Of a stretch of DNA of 64,000 nucleotides, positions 9,553 through 20,140 are shown piece by piece. The stretch lies in NCBI GenBank assembly GCA_965216585.1, contig CBDCGC010000003.1, positions 2,337,219 to 2,401,218 on the forward strand, in the 5' to 3' direction. Under the pieces are notes generated by a model, which searched no databases, was not told where the DNA came from, and saw nothing but the letters and a program-made list of their open reading frames with translations. A program made the translations under genes and the position numbers. The stretch's first letter is position 1. Every line of letters starts with the position of its first letter. The DNA is from an uncultured Candidatus Binatia bacterium (GTDB lineage Bacteria > Desulfobacterota > Binatia > HRBIN30 > CADEER01).

Positions 9553-10773
9553 ATGAGCGCACGCAACGATCTGGTGAAACTCTTTCGCAGCCACGTCTGC
9601 CAGACGTCTGCCGAGCCGCTATCGATCGTCGTCGAACGCGCCAGTGGCGCCAAGATCTGGGATGTCGACGGACGCGAGTACCTCGACCTCTTGTCCGGCA
9701 TCGGAGTCACCGGCATCGGCCACTGCAACACCGAAGTCGTTGCTGCGATCGCAGAGCAAGCGCCGCGCTATCTACACGCGATGGTCTACGGCGAAGCGGT
9801 CGAGCGGCCGCAGGTCGAGCTGGCGCGCAAGTTGGCGGAGTTGGCGCCCGGCGACCTCTCGACCTCCTACTTCACCAACAGCGGCACCGAAGCGGTCGAA
9901 GGTGCACTCAAGCTCGCCCGCAAGCGCACGGGTCGAACGCGCTTCATCGCCTTCGAAGGCGGCTACCACGGCGATACGACTGGATCGCTGTCGCTGTGCG
10001 ACAATCGCGTGTACCGCTCGCCGTTCGAGCCACTCGGTCTGGACGTCGACTTTCTTCCCTTCGGCGACGTTGCCACCCTCGGCCGTATCGATGAATCGAT
10101 CGCCGCCGTCATCGTCGAGCCGATCCAGGGCGAGGGCGGCGTCCGTATTCCCACCGACGAGTTTCACCCCGCCCTGCGACATGCCTGCGACGAAGGCGGC
10201 TGCTTGTTGATCTACGACGAAGTGATGACCGGGCTCGGTCGCACCGGCCGATGGTTTGCCTGCCAGCACTGGGATGTCTGTCCGGACATCATGGTGCTGG
10301 CCAAAGCGCTGGGTGGCGGTCTACCGCTCGGGGCGTTCCTCGGATCCCCCGAGCTCATGGCCGAGCTCTCGCACGATCCACCGCTGTGCCACGTGACGAC
10401 CTTTGGCGGGCACCCACTGTCGTGCGCCGCCGGTTTGGCGGGCCTGGCGTATGCCGAAGGCGAAAATCTGCCGCAGCGCGCCGCTGAGCAAGGAAAGCAG
10501 TGGCTACTGAGGCTGTCGGCACTCATCGACGACCGCCTGCTCGACGTCCGCGGTCGCGGCATGTTGATCGCCCTCGAGTTTGCGACGCCGGAGCTGACGA
10601 GCGCGTTCTGCCGAACGGCCTTCGCCAATGGCTTGATCCTCAACTGGACCCTGCACCGCGACACCGTCGTTCGCCTGGCGCCGCCGCTCGTCATGACCGC
10701 CGAGGAAACCGAGAAGGCGTTCGAGCTGATCAGCGAATCGCTGTCGGCAGCCGGCGACGAGGCCGCCCCGTAG
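9553..10773 (+). CDS. class-III pyridoxal-phosphate aminotransferase (omega-transaminase / acetylornithine-aminotransferase family)
   Basis: Motifs FTNSGTEAVEGALKLAR, DEVMTGLGRTGRWFA and LAKALGGGLPLGAF; GAGGAAG Shine-Dalgarno before ATG 9553. Confidence 0.85.
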   Translation: MSARNDLVKLFRSHVCQTSAEPLSIVVERASGAKIWDVDGREYLDLLSGIGVTGIGHCNTEVVAAIAEQAPRYLHAMVYGEAVERPQVELARKLAELAPGDLSTSYFTNSGTEAVEGALKLARKRTGRTRFIAFEGGYHGDTTGSLSLCDNRVYRSPFEPLGLDVDFLPFGDVATLGRIDESIAAVIVEPIQGEGGVRIPTDEFHPALRHACDEGGCLLIYDEVMTGLGRTGRWFACQHWDVCPDIMVLAKALGGGLPLGAFLGSPELMAELSHDPPLCHVTTFGGHPLSCAAGLAGLAYAEGENLPQRAAEQGKQWLLRLSALIDDRLLDVRGRGMLIALEFATPELTSAFCRTAFANGLILNWTLHRDTVVRLAPPLVMTAEETEKAFELISESLSAAGDEAAP

Positions 10774-10810
10774 TCGGGTGTCGCAGCACCGAGCAGGACG
10801 GCGAATCACC

Positions 10811-12052
10811 ATGAAAGCTCTGTTGTACGAGAACAGCCTAGCGCGTCAGGTGGCTACGATGTTGCTTTCGCGTCTGAGCGCGCACGCCTTCGTCGGACCG
10901 CTGGCACCGGTGCAGTTGCGCGAGGTGGCGCAACCGGAGCTGCCAGCGGACGATTGGGTGATTCTGCGCACCCGCCTCTGCGGGTTGTGCGGCAGTGACT
11001 ACAAGCAAGTGTTCATGAATGGCAACTACGACAATCCGATGACCGCCGTCATCTCGTTTCCGCAGGTGCTCGGACACGAAGTGGTCGCCACCGTGGAAGA
11101 GGTGGGACCGGCGGTGACATCCCGCCGCCCCGGCGACCGCGTCGTTCTCAACCCGTGGCTGTCTTGTGCAACGCGCGGCGTCGAGCTCTGCGAGTGGTGC
11201 CGGCGCGGTGAGCTGGCGCAGTGTCGCAACTTCTGCCGCGGCACCATCGACCCCGGTATCCACACTGGCAACAGCAGGCACGCAACCGGCGGATTCGCAC
11301 CGTACTTACCGGCGCACGAGTCACAATGCATCGCCATTCCCGAGGGCATCAGCGACGAGGAGGCGGTTCTCGCCGATCCCTTCTCGGTCGCGCTGCACTC
11401 CGTCCTGCACTGGCCACCGCCGGCAGCGGCAAGCGCGCTCGTCTACGGCTGTGGAACCCTCGGACTGCTGACGATTGCGATCCTGCGCCTGCTCCACCCC
11501 CAGTGCCGGATCCTCGCCGTCGCGCGCTATCCCCACCAGTCCGCCTTGGCACGCCGCCTGGGCGCAGCCCTGGTGCTCGACCACCACCCGGCAGCGTCGA
11601 TCATTGAGGCAGTGGCGGACGACCTCGCAGTCGACGTACAGAGGCCGTGGCGCGGGCTGCCGATGCTCAACGGCGGCGTCGACGTCGTCTACGACACTGT
11701 TTCGGCGCCGCAGACACTCGAAGTGGGCGTACGCGTTGCGCGGCCGCGCGGCTCGATCGTCGTCACGGGCGTCGAGCCACCCAAGCGATTCGAATGGACA
11801 CCACTCTATTTCAAAGAGCTCTCGCTGATCGGCTCCAACGCCTTCGCCATCGAAGAGCACCAGGGGCGACGCATGCACGCGATGGAGTGGTACTTCGAGC
11901 TCATCCGCAGCCATGCGTTCGACGCGACAGCCATCATCACGCACCGCTACGCACTGGAAGACTACAAGCAGGCGTTCATGACTTGCTACGACCAGGGCAC
12001 GAGCAAGGCGGTGAAGGTTCTCTTCGACTATGGCGGCGAAGAGGCGCTCTGA
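10811..12052 (+). CDS. zinc-dependent alcohol dehydrogenase (MDR superfamily)
   Basis: CGLCGSDYKQ and GHEVVATVEEVG catalytic-Zn motifs, structural-Zn Cys cluster (CEWCRRGELAQCRNFC), Rossmann-fold VYGCGTLGL. Last gene of the luxE operon. Confidence 0.8.
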   Translation: MKALLYENSLARQVATMLLSRLSAHAFVGPLAPVQLREVAQPELPADDWVILRTRLCGLCGSDYKQVFMNGNYDNPMTAVISFPQVLGHEVVATVEEVGPAVTSRRPGDRVVLNPWLSCATRGVELCEWCRRGELAQCRNFCRGTIDPGIHTGNSRHATGGFAPYLPAHESQCIAIPEGISDEEAVLADPFSVALHSVLHWPPPAAASALVYGCGTLGLLTIAILRLLHPQCRILAVARYPHQSALARRLGAALVLDHHPAASIIEAVADDLAVDVQRPWRGLPMLNGGVDVVYDTVSAPQTLEVGVRVARPRGSIVVTGVEPPKRFEWTPLYFKELSLIGSNAFAIEEHQGRRMHAMEWYFELIRSHAFDATAIITHRYALEDYKQAFMTCYDQGTSKAVKVLFDYGGEEAL

Positions 12053-12064
12053 TCAGCACGCTCT

Positions 12065-13051
12065 TCAGTAGAGACTCTTCTCGCCCGGAGGTCTGGTTCG
12101 CCACCGCTTGTGAAACCAAATCCAGTGGTCGGGGTGCTTTCGCAGAATCTCCTCGATGGCGCCGTTGCACCGCTCGGTCGTGCGCTGGATGTCGGCTGCA
12201 CGATCGCCAGTGTCGGCGACCTCGATGTCGGGCAAGAAGACGACGCGGTGGCGCTCGCTCTCGCCTTCGCGGACGATGAAGATCGGAACGATCGGTGCTC
12301 CGGTGTGGTGGGCCATCCATGCCGGCCCGGTCGTCGTGCAGGCGGGAATACCAAAGAAATCGGCAAAGACACCGGCGTTGGCGGTTTGGTTCTGATCGGC
12401 GAGCAGGGCAATCATCTTCTTGTCGCGCAGGGCCCGCAACAGCGCGCGCGCGGCGCTCTTCTTGGGCACGGAAACCGAACCGGCGCCGGCCCGGAGATCG
12501 AGGATGAGACGATCGACGAGAGGGTTGCGCATGGTTCGGTGGGCGAGGGTAACCGGATAGCCGAGCAGGCCGTGCGCATGCGCCAGTAGCTCGAAGTTGC
12601 CGAAGTGGGCGGTCAGCATGATTCTGCCCTGACGATCTACGTCTTCGACGACCGACGTCCAGCGCTCGCGATCATCGATGGTGATGTAGCGATCGATGTC
12701 GCCGGCCGTGAGCGAGCGGAAATGGCACACCTCCGCCAACATCCGACCGAGGTTGCGACATGAGCGGCGCAGTACGGTTTCGTTCTCACCCAGCGAACGC
12801 TCGGGAAACGCGCGCGCCAGGTTGGCGAGGGCGACCCGCCGTTTGCTTTGGTCGACATAGTAAAACGCTTCGCCGATCTTGGCTCCGATGGCCAAGGCGC
12901 GGCGACGCGGCATCGAGCCCAGGAGCGCCAGGGCGGCTCGAACGGCACCGTATTCGAGCCGGTCGCGCGCGGTGATCGACGGCGCCGGCGTGCTACAACC
13001 TCGCGGCGAAGGCTTCTGCCTCGCGTGTTTGAAATCCGCTGTAGACCTCAC
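12065..13051 (-). CDS. LpxL/HtrB-family lipid A late acyltransferase (lysophospholipid acyltransferase superfamily)
   Basis: HFGNFE motif (the HX4(D/E)-type LpxL box) and N-terminal ...NLARAFPERS region typical of Kdo2-lipid IVA lauroyl/myristoyl transferases. Start at 13051 overlaps the upstream gene by 58 nt; the alternative ATG at 12913 is less consistent with the family N-terminus. Confidence 0.7.
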   Translation of the reverse strand: MRSTADFKHARQKPSPRGCSTPAPSITARDRLEYGAVRAALALLGSMPRRRALAIGAKIGEAFYYVDQSKRRVALANLARAFPERSLGENETVLRRSCRNLGRMLAEVCHFRSLTAGDIDRYITIDDRERWTSVVEDVDRQGRIMLTAHFGNFELLAHAHGLLGYPVTLAHRTMRNPLVDRLILDLRAGAGSVSVPKKSAARALLRALRDKKMIALLADQNQTANAGVFADFFGIPACTTTGPAWMAHHTGAPIVPIFIVREGESERHRVVFLPDIEVADTGDRAADIQRTTERCNGAIEEILRKHPDHWIWFHKRWRTRPPGEKSLY

Positions 13052-13562
13052 GGTCGATCTCGCGGTACTTCTCCAGCATGTCCGTCGCCCGCTGGGTGGC
13101 CTCTTGCTCGGCGGCGAGATCGTCCAGCTTTCGCTGGATCCACGAGATGTGCCACTTCTCGTCTTTCGTCACCTGATCGAGGATGCGCATCGTCTCGGGG
13201 TCGACATCCGGCCGCCGCGAGTGCTCCTGATAGCGCGCGTACGATCTCTCTTCGACGACCACCGTCAACGCCAGCAGATCGATCAGGCTCCTCGGGATGG
13301 TCCGCCGGCCGATCTGCTTCTGGTAGCCGTCACTCACCGGCAGCGGCTTCGCTCCCAGCTTGGAAATGCGCTCGGTCCACAACCAAGCGTGGTGAGTTTC
13401 TTCGGCAACGTGCAACGTCAACTTGACTTGCGCTTCCCGGTCATCGCGCAACCACTTGGTCAAACGCAAGAGCAAGCCTGCACCGTGCAACTCGGCATCG
13501 CGATAGTACGAGAAGATCTCCACCAAACGCGGATCCGTGCTCATCACACCCCCACCTCCCAT
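12993..13562 (-). CDS. ferritin-like di-iron carboxylate protein (putative oxygenase/hydroxylase)
   Basis: 189 aa with paired E...EXXH motifs (HVAEETHH, EERSYARYQEH, DEKWH) characteristic of the ferritin-like di-iron superfamily (MiaE/COQ7/rubrerythrin-like). Embedded between two LpxL-like genes. Confidence 0.55.
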   Translation of the reverse strand: MGGGGVMSTDPRLVEIFSYYRDAELHGAGLLLRLTKWLRDDREAQVKLTLHVAEETHHAWLWTERISKLGAKPLPVSDGYQKQIGRRTIPRSLIDLLALTVVVEERSYARYQEHSRRPDVDPETMRILDQVTKDEKWHISWIQRKLDDLAAEQEATQRATDMLEKYREIDREVYSGFQTREAEAFAARL

Positions 13563-13586
13563 CAGCCACTCGTGTCTCCTACTCGA

Positions 13587-14594
13587 CTACAAAACGCCGG
13601 CATCCGGATCAAGGTCTGGCTGCGGTCGGCGACGCCAACGCCGGTGCCACCACGCCCATTGACTGGGGTTTCTGCGGATGGCGTCGCCAAGCAAAACGTT
13701 CATGCGAACCGTCAGATCCCGAATGATGGCCGCCTCGTCCGGTCCCTGTGCCGGAAACAGGGGCTTTTCCAGCACCAGCTCGATTCCACCGGCCGGTTTG
13801 TGCAGCGAGTAGCCGACGACGATGGGCAGGTTGCGGCGCACCGCCAGCGTCGCCGGTGCCACCGGCGTCCGCGCATCGAGCCCGAGGAACGGAACGGTAA
13901 TCGAGGGCACGCGCGTGTCCTGGTCGACCAACATCGCCAAGACACCGCCATCCTTCAGTGTGCGCAGCAACTGTCGTCCAGCCCGCGGGCTGCCGCGCAG
14001 GATCGTATCGACGCCATTGGAAGCGCGGAAGTCGACGAGGATCCGGTTGAGCCGTGTTTCGTTCAGCTCGCGCGCCACCGCGGCGACGGGCAGCTTCACC
14101 ACCTGGGAAAAATAGGCGGCCAGCAGCTCCCAATTGCCGAGATGCCCGGAGCAGGCGATCGCACCGCGGTCGGCGTGGGGTCGGACCTCCTCCCAGCCCG
14201 ACACCGTCACGTACTCCTCGAGACGCGGCCGGAGCTCTTCGATCTTCGCCACTTCGAAGAAAGAAAGGGCGAAGCCACGAAGCGACTCGCGCACGATGTC
14301 CCGGCGCTCGCCTTCGCTCAACTCGTCGCCAAATACCATCGACAGATGTTGCATCGACAAGCGTCGCGTCTCGCCAAGGGCGTTGAAGGCCAGATCGCCG
14401 AGGCGGTCGGCGGCGCCTTTCGCCTGTTCGAACGAAACGTGCGAGGCCACTCCCAAGACGGCGCGCACGAGCTGGTAGAGGGCGGCGTCCTTGGCACCGT
14501 TGGCCACCGCGCGCATCCTCGGCGACCTCTTGTAGAGCTTTTTCACCATGGAACGGGCAAACGCTACATGAAACGCTGGAAACCGCGCTGACAA
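13587..14594 (-). CDS. LpxL/HtrB-family lipid A late acyltransferase (second copy)
   Basis: HLGNWE motif and an LpxL-like N-terminal region. Start may instead be the internal Met (MVKKLY..., about 14549). Confidence 0.7.
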   Translation of the reverse strand: MSARFPAFHVAFARSMVKKLYKRSPRMRAVANGAKDAALYQLVRAVLGVASHVSFEQAKGAADRLGDLAFNALGETRRLSMQHLSMVFGDELSEGERRDIVRESLRGFALSFFEVAKIEELRPRLEEYVTVSGWEEVRPHADRGAIACSGHLGNWELLAAYFSQVVKLPVAAVARELNETRLNRILVDFRASNGVDTILRGSPRAGRQLLRTLKDGGVLAMLVDQDTRVPSITVPFLGLDARTPVAPATLAVRRNLPIVVGYSLHKPAGGIELVLEKPLFPAQGPDEAAIIRDLTVRMNVLLGDAIRRNPSQWAWWHRRWRRRPQPDLDPDAGVL

Positions 14595-14618
14595 ATCAAC
14601 GACGGCCGTCGCCCAGTA

Positions 14619-15623
14619 CTACGTGACACCGGCTTTCAGCAGATCGTGTAGATGGACCACACCGACCGGCCGTTGCGATCTCGTCTCGACGATGAACAGG
14701 GATGTGATGCTGCGCTGCTGCATGATGGCGATGGCCTCGGCCGCCAGCGCGCCGGCGTCGACCGTCTTGGGACCGCGCGTCATCACCTCGGCAGCCGTCG
14801 TCCCGCGCACGTCGACGCGGCGCTCCATACTGCGGCGCAGATCGCCGTCGGTGATGACGCCAACCAGCTTGCCGCGCTCATCGACGACGGCCGTTACTCC
14901 CAGACGCTTGCCCGTCATCTCGACGATGGCATCACTCAGGGAGGTCGACGTTTGAACCACCGGCAACTCGCCGTCGCCGTGCATGATCTCTTCGACCCGG
15001 AGAAGCTTGCGTCCCAAGCTGCCCGCCGGATGGAGGATTGCGAAATCGCTTTCGGAAAAACCGCGGCGCTCGAGAAGAGCGACGGCCAGCGCATCGCCGA
15101 GCGCGAGTGCCGCCGTCGTGCTGGCGGTCGGCGCCAGGCCGAGTGGACATGCCTCCTCGGGTACGGCGGCATCGAGGGCGACGTCGGCGGCGCGCGCCAG
15201 CGTCGACTCGCCATCGCCGGTAATCGCTATCAGCGGCAGGGCGTAGCGTTTGACCAGCGGCAGCAGGCGGATCATCTCCTCGGTCTCGCCGCTGTGCGAG
15301 AGCGCCAGGATCGCATCACTGGAACCAACGACGCCGAAGTCGCCATGCACGGCTTCGGCGGCGTGGAGAAACGACGCCGGCGTGCCTGTGCTGGCCAGCG
15401 TGGCTGCGATTTTCCGGCAGATCAGACCCGACTTGCCCATGCCGACGACGACCACCTTGCCCTTACAGTCGGCGAGTATCTCGACCGCGCGTTCCATTCG
15501 ATCGTCGAGTGCCGCGCTGATCGCATCGATGGCAGCGCGCTCGATGGCGAGAACCCGCCGGGCGCTGGCCAGAGCTGACGTGGTCTCAGGCGGACGCGCG
15601 GCTGTTTTCTTTGCGGACGTCAT
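14619..15623 (-). CDS. kdsD: arabinose-5-phosphate isomerase, KpsF/GutQ family (SIS + tandem CBS domains)
   Basis: VVVVGMGKSGLICRKIAATLASTGTPASFLHAAEAVHGDFG SIS domain and a C-terminal CBS pair. In operon with kdsA/kdsB. Confidence 0.85.
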   Translation of the reverse strand: MTSAKKTAARPPETTSALASARRVLAIERAAIDAISAALDDRMERAVEILADCKGKVVVVGMGKSGLICRKIAATLASTGTPASFLHAAEAVHGDFGVVGSSDAILALSHSGETEEMIRLLPLVKRYALPLIAITGDGESTLARAADVALDAAVPEEACPLGLAPTASTTAALALGDALAVALLERRGFSESDFAILHPAGSLGRKLLRVEEIMHGDGELPVVQTSTSLSDAIVEMTGKRLGVTAVVDERGKLVGVITDGDLRRSMERRVDVRGTTAAEVMTRGPKTVDAGALAAEAIAIMQQRSITSLFIVETRSQRPVGVVHLHDLLKAGVT

Positions 15624-16425
15624 CGATCTGCTTGAGCTCTTTCAACAACTCCGGAAGCGCTGCCAGGCGTAGAGAGTTGGGTCCGTCACTGAGCGCTCTC
15701 TCGGGGTCTTCATGGGTCTCGACGAACAGGGCGTCTACGCCAACCGCCAATGCCGCTCGAGCCAACGGCGCGATGAGGTCGCGCTGCCCACCCGATGCAC
15801 CGCCCTGGCCGCCCGGCAACTGGGCGCTGTGCCCGGCGTCGAAGACGACAGGGTAGCCGAGGCCCGCCATGAAGGCGAGGCCACGCATGTCGGCAACCAG
15901 ATTGTTGTAGCCGAAGGTCGTGCCGCGCTCGGTGATCATGATCTGATGGTTGCCACCACTGGTCACCTTCTCGATGATCGGCGCGACATCCCAGGGAGCC
16001 AGGAATTGCCCCTTCTTGATGTTGACCGCCTTGCCGGTGGCGGCGGCGGCGAGCAACAGATCGGTCTGGCGACAGAGAAAGGCGGGGATCTGCAGCAGGT
16101 CGGCGACTGCTGCAACCGCCGGAATCTGCGCAGCCTCGTGCACGTCGGTGACCACCGGTACGCCGACTTCTTTCTTGACGTCGGCGAGAATGGCCAGCCC
16201 GTCCTCGAGACCCGGACCGCGCGGTGAGTCGAGGGACGTGCGATTGGCTTTGTCGAAGGACGACTTGTAGACGAACGGAATCGACAGCGATGCGGTGATC
16301 TCGCGCATCGCCTCGGCGTGGCGCAGCGCGCTGTCGCGGCTTTCGATCGTACAGGTGCCACCGATGAAGACGAAAGGTCGGCCGGCGCCGATGCGCACCG
16401 TGCCGACGGCGACCTCACGGTTCAT
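15586..16425 (-). CDS. kdsA: 3-deoxy-8-phosphooctulonate synthase (Kdo8P synthase)
   Basis: 279 aa; FVFIGGTCTIESRD...PFVYKSSFDKANRTS...GYPVVFDAGHS KdsA signature. 38-nt overlap with kdsD. Confidence 0.9.
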   Translation of the reverse strand: MNREVAVGTVRIGAGRPFVFIGGTCTIESRDSALRHAEAMREITASLSIPFVYKSSFDKANRTSLDSPRGPGLEDGLAILADVKKEVGVPVVTDVHEAAQIPAVAAVADLLQIPAFLCRQTDLLLAAAATGKAVNIKKGQFLAPWDVAPIIEKVTSGGNHQIMITERGTTFGYNNLVADMRGLAFMAGLGYPVVFDAGHSAQLPGGQGGASGGQRDLIAPLARAALAVGVDALFVETHEDPERALSDGPNSLRLAALPELLKELKQIDDVRKENSRASA

Positions 16426-16429
16426 GCGC

Positions 16430-18867
<2,438 letters not shown>

Positions 18868-18984
18868 CGGTCGTTGACGCTATCACCCGCAGCGTTGTAT
18901 TGAAACGACAAAATCGGCGCCAAACAACTTTTGTTGCAGCAAGTGGGCGGCGACGTGCATCTCATCGATTGGGAGGGACATCGA

Positions 18985-19965
18985 ATGGCCAATGCAATCG
19001 CCGGAATTCTCTTCGGAATTCTCCTGCTTGCGCAGCCCGGTACTGCCGCCGCCCAGTGCGCCTGTGACTGCGACGCCGACGGCCGGGTCAGCGTCGCCGA
19101 GTTGGTGCGGGCCGTCGCCATCGCCCTAGGAAGGGCGGACCTTTCGGGGTGCGCCAACGGTTTGAACGCTGGCGAACCGGTGACCATCGACATCCTCATC
19201 GGCTGCGTGCGCAACGCCCTCGATGGCTGTCAGGGGCCGCGGCCAACGACACCCACACCGACGCCTTTCGTCTGCCCCATCACCCCGACGCAATGTCCAT
19301 CACCGCAGGTCATGCACTTTCCGGACAACGCGTGCCCGATCTGCGCGACGCCAACACCGACGCCTTTCGTCTGCCAGGTAACGCCGACGCCGTGCCCGTC
19401 GCCGTTGGTAATGTTCTACCCACCCGAATCGTGTCCGATCTGCGCCACCCCGGTGCCGCCAGCCTGCACGCCGCCGCCTTGTGCAGACGGTGAGGTCTTC
19501 TACTGCGGCAACTGCCCGGATCCGTGCCCCCAAGGCTGCGGCACGATCTGCGCCACGCCGACGGTCACCTGCACGCTGCCGGTGTGTAGGGACGACGAAG
19601 TTCTGCACGGTCGACCCTGCGGCGGTGGATGTCCGATCTGTGCGACACCCACACCGACGCCCTCGCCGACCTCCACATTCACCACCACTCCAACTCCGTT
19701 CGTCTGCCAAGTCACACCAACTCTGTGCCCGTCGCCCCAGGTCATGGTCTTTCCGCCCAAATCCTGCCCGATCTGCGCAACGCCAACGCCGATCCCGGCC
19801 ACACCGACACAGACCTTCACACCCTTTGGTGGTCCGCTGCCGACAGAGTGTCGCACGCCATTGGTATGTCCGACCTCACAACACCCCGTGCGCACCCCCG
19901 GCCGCTGTCCAATTTGCGCCACCATCACCAAGGCGCCGTCGACGCCGACCCATACCCCGACCTGA
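18985..19965 (+). CDS. secreted Cys-rich tandem-repeat protein with N-terminal dockerin-like Ca-binding motif and Pro/Thr linkers
   Basis: Signal peptide MANAIAGILFGILLLAQPGTAAAQ and a GGGAGGG Shine-Dalgarno. Dockerin/EF-hand-like CDCDADGRVSVAELVRAV. At least 3 near-identical 34-aa units TPTPFVCx(V/I)TPTxCPSPxVMxFPxxxCPICATP plus 3 degenerate units. Confidence 0.6.
   Translation: MANAIAGILFGILLLAQPGTAAAQCACDCDADGRVSVAELVRAVAIALGRADLSGCANGLNAGEPVTIDILIGCVRNALDGCQGPRPTTPTPTPFVCPITPTQCPSPQVMHFPDNACPICATPTPTPFVCQVTPTPCPSPLVMFYPPESCPICATPVPPACTPPPCADGEVFYCGNCPDPCPQGCGTICATPTVTCTLPVCRDDEVLHGRPCGGGCPICATPTPTPSPTSTFTTTPTPFVCQVTPTLCPSPQVMVFPPKSCPICATPTPIPATPTQTFTPFGGPLPTECRTPLVCPTSQHPVRTPGRCPICATITKAPSTPTHTPT
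19252..19800 (+). repeat. in-frame tandem coding repeat: 102-nt unit (2 adjacent copies at about 19255-19458, third copy about 19690-19795) encoding the 34-aa 4-Cys module
   Basis: The nucleotide string acaccgacgcctttcgtctgcc... recurs at about 19255 and 19357 and, diverged, near 19690. Copies are separated by PTPTP linker codons. Confidence 0.6.
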
Positions 19966-20140
19966 TCCGCTGATAGGGGCTGATCGGGGAACAAGCCATC
20001 GGCATTCTCAACCAAAAACCCCGACCACCCATCTGCGGCCATCGGCGGATCGTTTCAACCGACTACCTGACTCCCCGAACAATCCATCTGCGGACACCCG
20101 CAGTTTGACGCGGCCGCCCAACTTCGATCAGCATGGGTGA

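Noticed and set aside
19252-19800. Tandem repeats considered as a possible CRISPR array (also 43215-43360)
   Set aside because: Repeats are in-frame coding modules with PT-linker 'spacers' of variable, non-unique sequence. No cas genes; periodicities (102 nt, 60 nt) and composition do not fit CRISPR.
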